Of a stretch of DNA of 64,000 nucleotides, positions 26,200 through 39,378 are shown piece after piece; position 1 is the first letter of the stretch; every line of letters starts with the position of its first letter. The notes under the pieces are model-generated. The model was not told where the DNA came from. It did not search any database and saw nothing but the letters and a program-made list of their open reading frames with translations. Source of the DNA: Octopus sinensis. Taxonomy: Eukaryota. Location: positions 32,302,001 to 32,366,000 of the forward strand of contig NC_042998.1 in NCBI RefSeq assembly GCF_006345805.1. Reading direction: 5' to 3'. Made by a program: the position numbers and the translations under genes.

Positions 26200-26628
26200 G
26201 AATACCATCCGAGCATGATTGTTGCCAGCGCAACAAACTGGTCTCTGTGCTGGTGGCACGTAAAAGGCACCATTCGAGTGTGATCTTTACCTGCGTCACC
26301 TTACTGGCACCTGTGCTAGTGGCATAGGAAAAACATTTGAACAAGGTCGTTGCCAGTGCCGCTGGACTGGGTCCTGTGCAGTTGGCACATAACAAGCACC
26401 ATTTGAGCATGACCGTTGCCAGTACTGCCAGACTGGCCCTCGTGCTAGTGGCACGTAAAAGCACCCTCTACACTCTCAGAGTGGTTGGCATTAGGAAGGG
26501 TATCCAGCTGTAGAAACTCTGTCAGATCAGATTGGAGGCTGGTGCAGCCATCTGGTTCGCCAGCCCTCAGTCAAATCGTCCAACCCATGCTAGCATGGAA
26601 AGCGGACATTAATTGATGATGATGATGA
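26200..26628 (+). mobile_element. RTE-type 3'UTR fragment with internal ~55-bp repeats
   Basis: Repeated GGCACGTAAAA(A)GCACC units; (GAT)n tail. Confidence 0.88.
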
Positions 26629-27033
26629 TCTGGGAGTGAGATTTTGCCAATTAATTTGCTTTTTATGATGGGAGTTAGGAATGTCTATGTACATCTGCAT
26701 CCGCAATCTTGTTCCAGCGTTGTTCTGGAGCAGGATATATTTTTATAAAATGTTTGCTATCTATTTTTTAGGTCTAAGTGCATTTTCTTTTCTTGCAATA
26801 AAAGTCCAGTTGTTGAGATTTATTCAACTACAAGAAATCTCTCGATAGATATTAGTGATAATCAAACCTAACGTTTATAAAGAAGTGTAATAAATAAAAT
26901 TTTGCATTGCTTAAGATTAGCATTCAAATTATTTTGTCAAAAGTAATCCTTAATTATTCATCTGTTTTTGAATTTATCATGCATTATTTCATAGCAATGA
27001 GATTTTGTTTATGATGATGATCATCATCATCAT

Positions 27034-27208
27034 CGGCAGAGGTAAAAGACATGGACCACACCCCCTTTTGGTGTTTTGGGTTTTTTTTTTTTGAAATGCC
27101 GATTTTTTGCAGATTCCAAATCTCCACAGTCGAAAAACTGGGTTTCTGTAGAAAAAAAAAAAGCCCAAAAAACTGAAAGGGGATGCGATCTATGTCCTTT
27201 ACCTCCAC
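27034..27208. mobile_element. Degenerate MITE-like inverted repeat
   Basis: GGCAGAGGTAAAAGACATGGACCACACCCCCTTT vs reverse complement of AAAGGGGATGCGATCTATGTCCTTTACCTCCACC; no clear TSD. Confidence 0.45.
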
Positions 27209-27828
27209 CAATTGTTTTTAAAATGACATTGTAGGATAAGTGCAAGGAGCTGGATCTGGCTGGTTTATGACACATGTAGGGTAAACTAGCTATCCTTCTA
27301 TCTATCTACTGTCCACCTATCTATCCATCCATCCATCCATCTACTGATCTATCTATCCATCTGTCTGCCTGACTGCCTGTCTGTTGATCAGTCTATCTCT
27401 CTGCATATCTAGCTATTGACTCATTGATCTGTCTATCCATCTATCTATTTACTGTTATACCAACTTCTATATCCACAAACCTTTTACACATCCTGAAACT
27501 TTTAAAACACCTTTCAAAAAAAAAGTTTGAAATTTCTAAAACCTTTAAAGCTTTTATATTTGTAATCTTAAAAAAAAAGTTTAAATCCATCAACCTTGTA
27601 CAGTAAATCAAACCTCTTTGTACTCTGCTTTCTTCATTGTATTTTACATTGCTTTACTTTATTTCATTTTCTTTCATTTTCCCACTTTATTGTACCTCAT
27701 CCAGTTTCAATTAATTTTATTTTATTTCTACTTTATTTCCTCCCATCTTCCTCCCTACCTATTCTACTAATAACCTTACCCTGTAACCTTACTAAACTCC
27801 AACCATTTGGCTTGAGATACACCAGCAC

Positions 27829-28430
27829 ACTGGCGAGCTGGCAGAAACGTTGGCACGCTGGATGAAATGCTTGGCGGTATTTCGTCCGCCGCTATGTTCT
27901 GAGTTCAAATTCCGCTGAGGCTGACTTTGCCTTTCATCCTTTCGGGGTCGATAAATTAAGTACCAGTTACACACTGGGGTCGATATAATCGACTTAATCC
28001 GTTTGTCTGTCCTTGTTTGTCCCCGCTGTGTTTAGCCCCTTGTGGGTAGTAATGAAATAGGTATTTCGTCTGTCTTTACGTTCTGAGTTCAAATTCTGCC
28101 GAGGTCGACTTTGCCTTTCATCCTTTCGGGGTCGATAAATTAAGTACCAGTTACGCACTGGGGTCGATATAATCGACTTAATCCGTTTGTCTGTCCTTGT
28201 TTGTCCCCTCTGTGTTTAGCCCCTTGTGGGTAGTAAAGAAACAGGTAGTTCGTCTGCCATTATGTTCTGAGTTCAAATTCCACCGAGGTTGACTTTGCCT
28301 TTCATCCTTTCGGGGTCGATAAATTAAGTACCAGTTTTGCACTGGGGTCGATATAATCGACTTAATCCGTTTGTCTGTCCTTGTTTGTCCCCTCTATGTT
28401 TATCCCCTTATGGGCAATAAAGAAATAAGA
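27829..28430 (+). mobile_element. SINE family B with three head-to-tail 184-bp body units
   Basis: GTA(T/G)TTCGTC anchors at 27877, 28061, 28245. Confidence 0.92.
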
Positions 28431-28474
28431 ATATTTGGGCTGGATATAACCAGTTTAAATGCTTGTTTCCTTAA

Positions 28475-28861
28475 CCCATTTCTGCCGAAATTTTTCTAGT
28501 GAATGAAATTGCCTGAAAATTCACAGATTCTATTATTTTGACCTAAATAACAACTGGAAACAATTTCTTTGAAATCCATTTGATGCAGACTGCATACGCG
28601 TTAAGAACATGTTTCATTCTTTGATACAGATCATATACAAATCACAATTTGTATCAAGTATTTGTTTTATACCCTTATACTGATCATGGCCATTGCCAGC
28701 CTCCCCTGGCACCTGTGCTGGTGGCACATAAAAAGCTCCCACTATACTCACAGAGTTGTTGGCGTTAGGAAGGGCAACCAGCTGTAGAAACACTGCCAGA
28801 TCAAGATTGGAGCCTGGTGCAACCTCCTGGAAAACGGACGTTAAACGACGACGACGACGAC

Positions 28862-28897
<36 letters not shown>

Positions 28898-28983
28898 GAA
28901 GAAGAAGAAGAAGAAGAAGAAGAAGAAGAAGAAGAAGAAGAAGAATTAAATATCAGTTTAAACAGACAATCGGCATAAATGGG
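28475..28983. mobile_element. piggyBac-type MITE with nested RTE 3'UTR fragment (28683-28945)
   Basis: TTAA|CCCATTTCTGCCG ... CGGCATAAATGGG|TTAA (13-bp TIR, 1 mismatch). Confidence 0.8.
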
Positions 28984-29429
28984 TTAACGTGTTTTATGTT
29001 TTGAGTTTGGGAAAGTGACAAACTGGGCAAAATTCAGTTTACAGTCACAATTAAATCAACCTGACTGAAGAGCCCAATGAATGACATTTGAATCTCACTT
29101 ATATCGCTGACTTAGCCAGAACACATGTCCTGCATAAATTTAAGCTACGCAATATATATTTAAATTTCGGTCATTTTCCCCAAATATGTTTTCTGTGTCA
29201 TTAAAACGTTTTTAGTCTCAGCAAGGCAACAAACATTATTCTTGCATTCAGAAATTACAATATTTGGATTTTTATACTGAAGCTGGTTTGTTGTTTCTAT
29301 TCCAAAGTGAGATCAATACGTAAACGAATTCAAAATCCCCTGAAAACAAGGCAACATCTCGTTCCATGTGTCAATGCAAATTATGTTAATATTCAAAATG
29401 CATATTCTCCTTTCTATATTTTTTGTTAC

Positions 29430-29476
29430 TATCATTATTATCATCATTATTATTATTATTACCATTATTATCATCA

Positions 29477-29507
<31 letters not shown>

Positions 29508-29827
29508 CATTATTATTATTGTTGTTGTTGTTGTTGTTGTTATTATTATTATTGTTGTTGTTGTAGTTGTTGTTATTATCATTGTTGTTGTTGTTATTAC
29601 TATTATTATTATTATTATTGTTGTTGTTGTTATTACTATTATTATTGTTGTTGTTGTTGTTGTTGTTATTATTGTTGTTGTTCTTATTGTTGTTGATGTT
29701 GTTATTATTATTGTTGTTGTTGTTATTACTATTATTATTATTATTATCATTATTGTTGTTGCTGTTATTATTATTGTTGTTGTTATTACTATTATTATTA
29801 TTATCATTATCGTTGTTGTTGTTATTA

Positions 29828-29864
<37 letters not shown>

Positions 29865-29892
29865 CATTATTATTATTATTATTATTGTTATT
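29430..29892. repeat. (ATT)n/(GTT)n/(ATC)n compound trinucleotide array
   Basis: Direct inspection. Confidence 0.95.
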
Positions 29893-30998
29893 ATTGACTC
29901 ACTTAAGTGGAAATTAGAGAGAGAACTATGAAACAAATACATATATAATAAATTAAAGACAGATTATCACCAGAATAATCATATATTATTTATCCTGACC
30001 CCATTAGAACGAAGCAATTACTACAATCTTACAAGGAATAGAAAGTGCTGAAGCAAAGAAAGAGGGGGAGAAAAAGAGGGAGAGAGAGAAAGAGGGAAGA
30101 AAGAGTGAGAGAAAATAGGAAAGATTGGTGTGTGGGTGGAGAAAAAGATTGGAAGACGAAACAATTGTTTAGGTTTCGGAATGGTATCAGATCTGTATTT
30201 TTTATGAATTCATAAAAATTTCCTTTAGTATGAGTGTTTTTTTTCCTTTTTCTTTTTTTTTTTGAACATCAGGAAAACTACATGCTCTAATAACTACATA
30301 AAACCTGGCAAGTTCTGGGGAACTACAGAACAAACCGACCAAAACACTTCAAATAAAGAACAAATAGGTAAAAGAGCATAAAAACAAAATTATTGATCCG
30401 GTTGTAGGAAAGTGGTAAAATTAATGGTGTAAAAAAGGATAAAGAATAATCTGACATATACCTGATAGCTTTTATCACTGAATGACCTAGAATGTTGATT
30501 TCAAATAATAATCTTAAATATTGATCTTAAATAAAGCAATACTAGAAATCATTTTTTTTTTAATTTTTAAATTACTTAATGAAGTAAAAAAAAGGTTGGC
30601 AGTGTATCATTTGGTTGTTGATCTCGAAACCATGTAATAAATGAAATAACTTATCGTGCAATCATTGAAATAATAACCGTAAATCAAATTGAAAATTATA
30701 TTGCTAGCCAAAAGACTTGATGGCTACAGGGTTCTTTAGCCTCAGGTCAGCATTGATGAAGCAAACTTATGATTAAATGCTATTCTAGTGGTGACCATCC
30801 AATATTTCTTATTTTTCAGACACACTGCATTTAGGACCCCGTTATCCAATGTATCCCTTTTTTTTCTAAGATAGTCGAGTGTGATTTGATGGAAATTTAT
30901 CTGCTATTTCTAGTAGCTCCCTTGTATAGTTCTATGAATTTAAATTCTTAAAAATGGTGACTTCTAATTTTCCTTTGTTTCCTGAGCTTTCAGTTTAA

Positions 30999-31218
30999 CC
31001 CTTAAGTGTTGAAACCGGCCATACCAGGCCAAAATTGTCTTCCTGTTATATGCTCAAACCGGCCAGCTCTGACCTCTCACACCTACCCTACAAAGTCATT
31101 CTAAAAATAAACAGGGACATCATCAAAATCTCAGAGTTACAAGATGCTGTACAATTAATTTAAAACAATGTGATTAAACAGGCTTTACATTTGACAGAGT
31201 TATCTGAATGCTAAAGGG
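30999..31218. mobile_element. piggyBac-type MITE
   Basis: TTAA|CCCTT ... AAAGGG|TTAA with TTAA at 30995-30998 and 31219-31222. Confidence 0.8.
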
Positions 31219-32904
31219 TTAAGTAAAATTCTTTAATTTAATTGTATTGTCTGCCTAGCAGACAATATAGGCTCCACAAAAAAAAATACAAGATTACTTC
31301 ACAAATATCATTGATTACAGATAGAAAATAAGTTACCATGATAAAAAGCTCTCAAATAAATATGGTCAAGGGTTAATCATTCCTATATTTTTCTGGAAAT
31401 TCACCTGTTGTGTAACAATGAACATGTGATTGTTGCCATTTATTCATATATTATATTTTTTTCATGATATTTTACCCCACAACTGTTTTAATACAAATTT
31501 TTGTTACGTGATACCAAAACTGTAAAATTTTTCATGCTTTCTTCTATCATTGAAACTAAAATAAACATATTTTGCTTTTGAAATAAAAAAAGTTATTTAG
31601 ATCTAAACTTGACTGGTGGCATTACTTATTCTCCTATAAGATTGCTACAAATTTTGATGAAAATTTTTTTCTGCTGGACCCAATCTCAATATTCTAATGC
31701 CAAAATGTAGCTAGGAACCAGTCCTCTTCAAAAATGCTAACAGTTTTCAATTTGGTTACGAAATGAATTAGCAAAAAATCTCTGAAGATGCTGCATGTGA
31801 GTAAATTGTGACCTTAAGAATATTATTCAGCTACTACGTAGTGGAATGATAATTATAAATTGGACCACTGGAAAATTCATTTCTGTAAGCAGTGAAATCT
31901 TGGTATGGTTAATATCTATTGTGCCCACCTCTAAAAGAGAGATCTTATCTTTATATAAGCCTGCAGTATATTCTCTTCAAAATTCTTCAGAAATTCCTCA
32001 ACCATCAAACAGGTTGTGCCAGATTATTTTAGTCTTTTTTCTTATGAATATTTTCGTTGTTATCTAAATGTGAAGGTTTATAAATAGTGACATCTTTACA
32101 ATGTGGATAAAGTACTGCTGACTATTCAAAAAGTTCGCTTTGCTATCATGAAGTTCTGGGTTTGATCCTAGTGTGTGGGATCTTGAGCAATTTTTCTTTT
32201 ACTTATAGCCTCAAGTCACCCCAAATCTTGTGAATAGAATTGAGTTGCTTGATACTGTTAGCATGTCTTCTGGATGGATTGCATTTGTAAGACAAAGATC
32301 CTTCTCACACACTGTGGTGTCTGGCTGCCTCCGTTTTAGAATTTCATTAATAGAACATGTTTCTATACTCGGCCACTATTTACTAAATTTAGTACCCAAG
32401 TACCTAAGTTAATCAAAATCACTGAAAGCTCACAGATGGAAATTTTGACAAAGATTTATTTTTTAAATATATTTTAAGCATAAAGTGCAATAGAAGGATT
32501 GGCAATTTGCCAGAATGAAAAGTTTATCTGCAGCATTTGGTTTCATACCTTTATAATAAGGGATTTGAGAGTAAATAGATGTAAGTTGTAACTTAGTAGT
32601 TTTTCTGCAATATTCCACTTATAATAAAGGTGGATAGGAACTGCCCCTAATTTGCTCCCCAATTTTTATATAACATCCTAAGTAGCACACTCTGCTACAT
32701 ATTTTCAACAAGCTTACCAATGAATGCCAGAAGATGATGCTTTATTTGGAAATAAAGTCGGTCATAGGCAATGTATTCACTGCAACTGAAGGTGACTAAC
32801 ATCATATCTTTTGGTTTTAGTTACCAGTCCTCAAAAAATAATATATCTACAATCTATGTACGAAATTCAGGGGGTTGGTGTTGGGTATTTTTGTGTGAAA
32901 AATA

Positions 32905-33215
32905 ATTCAAGGTACTGGGGTCGATCTAGTTGACTGGCCTCCTCCCCCAAAATTTTGGGCCTTGTGCCTAGAGTAGAAAATAATATTTTCACCATTATAA
33001 GGTGGTGAGCTGGCAGGAAGGTAAGCATGCCGGGCAAAATATTTAGTGGTATTTTGTCTGTCTTTATGTCCTGAGTTCAAATTCCGCCAAGGTCGACTCC
33101 TTTCATCTTTTTGGGGTTGATAAATTAAGTAACAGTTGCATACTGAGGTCGATCTAATCAACTGGCCCCATCCCCCAAAATTTGGGGCCTTGAGCCTAGA
33201 GTAGGAAAAAAAAGA
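32905..33215. mobile_element. SINE family B, diverged copy with duplicated 3' part
   Basis: GGTGGTGAGCTGGCAGG head at ~33001, CTGAGTTCAAATTCCGCC B-box. Confidence 0.75.
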
Positions 33216-33240
33216 ATATTTTTACCTCAAATAGAGAGAG

Positions 33241-33712
33241 AGGAATCTTTTCCCCATGAAGTTCCCTTCTCTGTTGTGGTTGATCTTTTCCCCTTTTACC
33301 AAGCCACTGTTTACGACATTTAACATTTCGATAGAAGATCCATTTTTCGTCACCAGTCACAAGTCTATCCAAAATGGGTGAAATGAGTTCAAGAGAATGG
33401 AGAGGAGAGCAGATGTCAACTCAGGATTTGCAGTTGCTTTTGGACAATTCATGAGGCACCCATTTTCCAAGTTTAGGAACCTTTCCAAGTTGTTGAAGAT
33501 GATAATGAACAGTTATATGGTTTGAACAAAGCTTTATTGCCAAATCTTCAACTGATCATGCAGGATTTTCTTCAAGTAATGCCTTAAGGAGCTTATCATC
33601 AAACTCAACTGGACGTCCTGTTCCATCTTCATCTTCAAGGCTGAAATCTCCACTTCTGAATTTTGCAAAACATCTTCTGCAAGTTCTTTTATTCAAGCAT
33701 TCTTTCCCATAA
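33241..33712 (-). pseudogene. Mariner (DD34D-family) transposase fragment
   Basis: Translation includes KFRSGDFSLEDE..GRP, WVPHEL (33445-33462) and VTGDEKWI (33337-33360); stop and frameshift present. Confidence 0.9.
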
Positions 33713-34424
33713 GCTGAGTGTATGTTTCAAGTTGCTTCGGCTGCAGAGTTTCCTTTTTTTTGTACACATAAAGCATTATGTGCCTCAAATGCTCTTTGGA
33801 TACTTCCATGTTAGAAAAGGTTTTAATCAAAGAAATTTTAATTCTATTATTCTGTAAAATAATATTTAATTAGTTTAAATATACACAAATGCATAAAAAT
33901 AATTTTTAATTCCATTAGACATTCTAAAATACTATTAAATTTCATTCAGTTTTGAAAAAGGTAAAATCGGACAGAACTTATGGGATGACCTGATACATTA
34001 AAGGTAAGAGTATCTATGGAATGCTCTGCTACTTGCACATTAATTTCCTGAGCAGGCTGTTCCATTGATTGGGTCAACTAGAATCCTCATTTTTGTAACC
34101 AACGAAGTGCCAGTGTGTCTGCGTGTGTGTCTGCATGCATGCACGTATGTGTGAGTACAATCAAACACAGACACACAATACAAAACTGGAGCAATCTTTT
34201 GCTGTGTTTGACAGAAGAGAAATATCTTGTTCGTCGAGAAATGTTTTCACCTTACTGATTGTCATCTTTTTCCAAGGGACAATCAAAAAATCTCATGTAA
34301 AGGGGTCATTAACATTTTGTATAGAGGGCAGCTGCAAAAATAGACAACTTATACAAAGGGTATCATGAACTATTGATTATATCGTCCTTTCTTAAATATC
34401 TTCCTTTCTGCTATTCATTCATAT

Positions 34425-34843
34425 AACTGTATGTGTGTGTGTAAGTGTGTGTGTGGAGTGTGTGTGTGTGTGTACATGTGTGTGTGTGTATTTGTGTGTG
34501 TGCATGTGCGTTTGTGTGTGTACATGTGTGTGTGCATGCTTGTGTGTGAGTGTGTGTGTGTCTGTGTGTGTATGTGTGTGTGCATGCATGTTTGTGAGTG
34601 TACATGTGTGTATGTGAGTGTGTGTGTGTGTGTATGCGTGTGTGTGAGTGGGTGGGTGTGCCTGTGTGTGTGTGCAGAATGTGTCAATTCAATGGTGCCT
34701 ACTTCATTTAATTTCCTCATAACCTTTTGCCGTACATATCTTTCTTGTGATTACTAGTATAAAAGATTATTTTCATATAACCAGACTTTATATATAATTA
34801 CATCTCTCTCTCCCTCTCTCTCTCTTTCTCTCTCTCTCTCTCG

Positions 34844-34892
<49 letters not shown>
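34425..34892. repeat. (TG)n and (TC)n microsatellites
   Basis: Direct inspection. Confidence 0.95.
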
Positions 34893-34893
<1 letters not shown>

Positions 34894-34997
34894 GGTGTTG
34901 CACTTTTGGAACATTCTTCCTAAAAATGGTCGAAAAAGTTGGTTCCGAAAGACTAAATTTATAATAGATATGAGAATTAATAGTCACTAAACCAGAA

Positions 34998-35422
34998 ACA
35001 GGAGTGGCTGTGTAGTAAGTAGCATGCTTACCAACCACATGGTCCCGGGTTCAGTGCTACTGTGTGGCACCTTGGGCAAGTGTCTTCTACTATAGCCTTG
35101 GGCCGACCAAAGCCTAGTGAGTGGATTTGGTAGACAGAAACTGAAAAAAGCCCATCGTATATATGTATATGTATATATATGTGTGTGTGTGTGTTTGTGT
35201 GTCTGTGTTTGTCTCCCAACATCGCTTGACAACCGATGCTGGTGTGTTTACATCCCCGTAACTTAGCAGTTCAGCAAAAGAGACTGGTAGAATAAGTACT
35301 AGGCTTACAAAGAAATAATAAGTTCTGGGGTCGATTTACTCGACTAAAGGCTGTGCTCCAGCATGGCCACAGTGAAATGACTGAAACAAGTGAAAGAGAG
35401 TAAAGAGAGTGAAAAAAGAGAG
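34998..35422 (+). mobile_element. SINE family A, full length
   Basis: High similarity to 1878-2430. Confidence 0.92.
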
Positions 35423-36169
35423 TTCAAATCAAGGCCAATTAGGATATTTTATTTTATTTGACATAAGAAATCTCATTTACTTAAAAATTTTTAGATGCTT
35501 TTTCCGCCTTGTTATAGGAATGTAGGGAGACTTGTCTCTTAAAATGAAATTCTATAAAAGAATTCAACACATGAGAGACAGGTGAATGATTTGTTACAAT
35601 ATTTACAGATCAAAGAGTCAGGTTCTGCTAAAAGCATATTAGTCTGTGTGCATGTGTAACTTAACAACAGCTTTGATGTTGAGTAACTGGGTTCAAAATT
35701 GACTTGTAGCCATAACATTTCTGGATCAAGCATTCATGCCAGTCTCTGAAATGCCAATACGGTTTAAAGCACTGGAGCATAGCTATAAATCCTTCAGTTC
35801 AATTATTTTACTGTATTGATCATATGAGAACTACACAAAGGATTGCGTTTTAAGTTAATATGAACAGCAGTTAATGATTTATTGGGTGATAAGCAAACCT
35901 GATAAAATGCTAAGGATGTTAGAAAACATCTGATAGCAAAATGGCAAAGATATGCACTAAAAATGGCAGGGCTCCAGCATGGCCACAGATGACAGGCTGG
36001 AACAGGTAAAACAGTAATGGTCATTCAACCCAGCAAGGGTTCCTCTACATTGTTTGTTTAGCTTGCTAGAAATAGCAGTGGAATACCCCTCACCTAACAG
36101 TGAAATGTCTTAGAATACAAAGACACATAGGATAATGTTGTGTTAGCTGCATTGTGCCGGATATTATTA

Positions 36170-36853
36170 TTAACCACTACACCCTATGCCCACATGCATA
36201 TGGTGTAGTGGTTAAGATCGCGGGCTACTAACCCCAAGATTCCGAGTTCGATTCCAGGTAGTGACCTGAATAATAATAATAATATTAATAATAATGATAA
36301 TAAAATAACATTGAAAAATACCTTAGGAATGAGAAGACAGGTTCAAAATTTCCCCAAGACACCTGATGAAGGCTGGAGGGTATATCAGCCGAAACGCTGT
36401 GTTAACAACAAACAAGATGAGGACATTGTTGTATTTAGGAATGTTCATTTTGCCTGTTTAGCCAATAAAAACACACACACTATATATTTGGTGTTACTTT
36501 GCTTCAGTGTTATTTATTTATTTATTACATTAATCTTAATCTTTTCGGCCAGAGTCCTTTCGTCACACTCCTGTGACCGCCTCAGTGGTTCTTTGCTTTC
36601 TTCTTTCTTATTTGTGTGTCTCTCCTGACTGTTAGTAAGGAGAGACACAGAAATGAATAACACTGAAGCAAAGTAACACCAAATATATAGTGTGTGTGTT
36701 TTTATTGGCTAAACTGGCAAAATGACCATTCCGAAATACAACAATATCTGTTTCAATGCACAATTTCACATAAAAAATCTTGCACAACAAATATATAAAC
36801 GTAAGATGAGGACAAATATCCATCTAATATAAATAATGTAAATAATGTAAATA
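36170..36853 (+). mobile_element. Family H unit with palindromic centre remnant; tail split by a fold-back insertion
   Basis: Palindrome TTAACCACTACACC..GGTGTAGTGGTTAA 36170-36215; A-box 36201-36211, GGG-CTACTAA-CCC arm 36222-36234, B-box GAGTTCGATTCC 36244-36255; HHR motif 36358-36403. Confidence 0.88.
36425..36745. mobile_element. Fold-back element (~90-bp arms) with decayed HHR motif in the loop (36549-36588, minus)
   Basis: Arms 36425-36515 and 36656-36745; host tail duplicated AAGATGAGGACA (36414-36425, 36803-36814). Confidence 0.8.
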
Positions 36854-37043
36854 ACATAAGGTTTACAGTTCAATTCTTGGTGGCACATTGCATTCTTGAG
36901 CAAAGCGCTTTGTATCACATTGCTCCTGTCCACTCATTTTGCAAAACGGAGTAGCAGCTGTAAATCAAAGAGCAAGCCTTATTCCATTCTGTGTCATGCT
37001 GAGTCTCCCTGAGAACTATGTTGAGGTTATGTATGTCTGTGCA

Positions 37044-37345
37044 GTTAGTTAGTTAGTTAATTTTTGGCCCAAAAAGCAAAAAGCAAGGCCATGTAGGGGG
37101 ACATGGAGTTATGTACAGGTGTTCATGTAAAGAGTTCAGGCCACTTGTGGTCAAGGGAGACTTTGAACCGAGCAGTCGTCGGCATCTTCACCATCTCGTC
37201 CGGCAGCTTATTCCACGGATCCGCAACCCGGACGGAGAAAGCCCCTCTCCTTCGATTGAGATGAAATCGTCGCAGATAGAGCTTTTCGGAGTGACTCCGC
37301 AGCCAACGCTCTGAAGCAGGAGTGAAGAACAGGTCTTTTGCATGC
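37044..37345 (-). pseudogene. 3' end of a CR1-clade LINE (ORF2 C-terminus, short 3'UTR, (CTAA)n tail)
   Basis: RSHSEKLYLRRFHLNRRRGAFSVRVADPWNKLPDEMVK...WPELFT* (stop 37123-37125) matches the CR1 RGH..KL..R..FFS.RV...WN.LP motif. Confidence 0.85.
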
Positions 37346-38269
37346 TAACTCCTTGAGCAGTTCCATTGCTCCGATCAACCGGAACACCTTGTGTCATAAC
37401 TGACTGAGTGTCAGTTTGAGTCAGATACATTTAGTCACCTTAATAATACAACTGGTCAAATGTTTTGCAACACAATATCAACATTAAAAAAGCAGCCATG
37501 AGAAAATATTAACTCAATTTTAGACCCTTAACATGTATAAAATAGTAATTCCCTTAATGAGGTGATTAATATAACGAACGCCATCACTGAAATGCTGCTC
37601 AAAAAGGAAGTTAATAATATAGATCCAGTTTACCACTTTCAAAACCATTTCAGCTTCTCCATTTTTAAAGAGCTTCAAAATTGCTATTTTTTGGAATCTT
37701 ATGCTATTTTAATTATTAATTCTTCAATAAAATCAAATTTCTTCAGGAAGTTGAAAGGAAAAATATTTTGCTTTTTTAGTTTTTTTTATACGAATCCCAA
37801 TATAATTTTGTTTTGGAAATTTGATACTCAAAATATTGATTTGGTATTTGACCTAAAATCGGTTTTAGAATTTTATTGAATTAAACATATTCAATCAAAT
37901 CTAGAGAGAATAAGGCGAAACTATCTCTTGCAGGATTTAAATGCAGAGAAATAAAACATTGAATTTGATACACTAAAACATTCCATGTGATATTGTATAG
38001 TACTGGCCACATTAACTATGTTCTGAACATGGAAATATTTAAAATAAAATGCTTTAGCTTTACATGTTAATGCACAAACACATGTTTGGCGGAATTTGCT
38101 AAACCTTCTTTGATCTTGTATTCTGCAAGAGAATGGGGTTTAATTAAAACTTTAATGGTTCACATTAAACTAAATGTTTTACTTGATGTTTAGTTCATTT
38201 TTAGATTCATTTAATTCATATTCCTGGCTGTGAAATATGAAAATTACTTTTTCTTTTAAACCAAGTAAC

Positions 38270-38498
38270 AGGCACAGGAGTGGCTGTGTGGTAAGTAGCT
38301 TGCTTAACAACCACATGGTTCCAGGTTCAGTCCCACTGTGTGGCACCTTGGGCAAGTGTCTTCTACTATAACCTTGGGCTGACCAAAGCCTTGTGAGTAG
38401 ATTTGGTAGGCGGCAACTGAAAGGAGCCTGTCATATATATACATATATATATATATATGTATTTATATGTTTGTGTGTCTGTGTTTGTCCCCCAACAT
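38270..38498 (+). mobile_element. SINE family A, 5' half (3' half at 42947-43140)
   Basis: Breaks at CCCCCAACAT, which recurs at 42947-42956 where the SINE resumes. Confidence 0.88.
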
Positions 38499-39129
38499 TT
38501 TTGTAATGGTATACTGTTGCATTTTTGTAATGGCATGCATATATATAAAAATTAACAGAATGAGATTAAAAAATCCAAGGCTGTAAAAGTTTTCAGAACA
38601 TTTATAAAGAGAAGGCCTTACAGCTATTTCTGCGATATTTTACATCTCCCTTCATTGGAGACGGTGTGAGAAAATGTTTAAGTGAGTTGTTACAGAGAAG
38701 ATATGAAATACAGAGTGAAGTGGATGAATGAAAACAGACTTGAGATACATAAGGATATTGTATCTGCAGTTCCATTATTTAAGCAGAATGGTGTATATAT
38801 ATATCTTTCCTGTAACTTGTGTGTGAGTTCCAATGGTGTTTCTAATTGGTCATTCCAAGCATAGAATCTTGTAAACAGTGTTATTTGATTGAGGGTTATT
38901 TTTTGAAGTGACTTAAAAGTTAAGACAAAGATAAAGAAGCATTGATCAAAGAACAAACATCAAATTCAAGTCAATGACTTTATACATAACACTATGCCTC
39001 CAAAAACGTTTGATCATATATAAGTATTACCATGGCTCTTAAACATATAAAGTATACATATATAAAAACACAGGAGGTAAAAAATATATATGTGAATAAA
39101 AAACAGATATATATAATGGCCTATCAAGA

Positions 39130-39338
39130 AAGTATATGCAATCGACTGCGTGTGTATCGTTGGTGATTTTCTTTTTCCATTTTCTCTTCCTTGGACCTTT
39201 CCTTTTTCTATGTTTCTGATGAAGAGCTCCGCTCAAAATGTTAAATCCTCCTTTTTTTTCTTTCCTGAGCGTCCAATAACACTATACTTGTTCGATGTTC
39301 TCACGTTGCTGTGTTTTCTCTTTGTTCATGTTTGGATG

Positions 39339-39348
<10 letters not shown>
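39130..39348 (+). mobile_element. Short PLE-terminus-like element with decayed minimal HHR (39213-39245)
   Basis: TTT-CTGATGA-A-GAGC-tcc-GCTC-aAAAt-GTT-AAA; ends in (TA)n. Confidence 0.55.

Positions 39349-39378
<30 letters not shown>

Noticed and set aside
36201-36260. Family H head as a real tRNA-Ser gene
   Set aside because: Only a 3-bp anticodon stem, no proper acceptor stem, no T-run terminator, and always followed by the same repeat tail.
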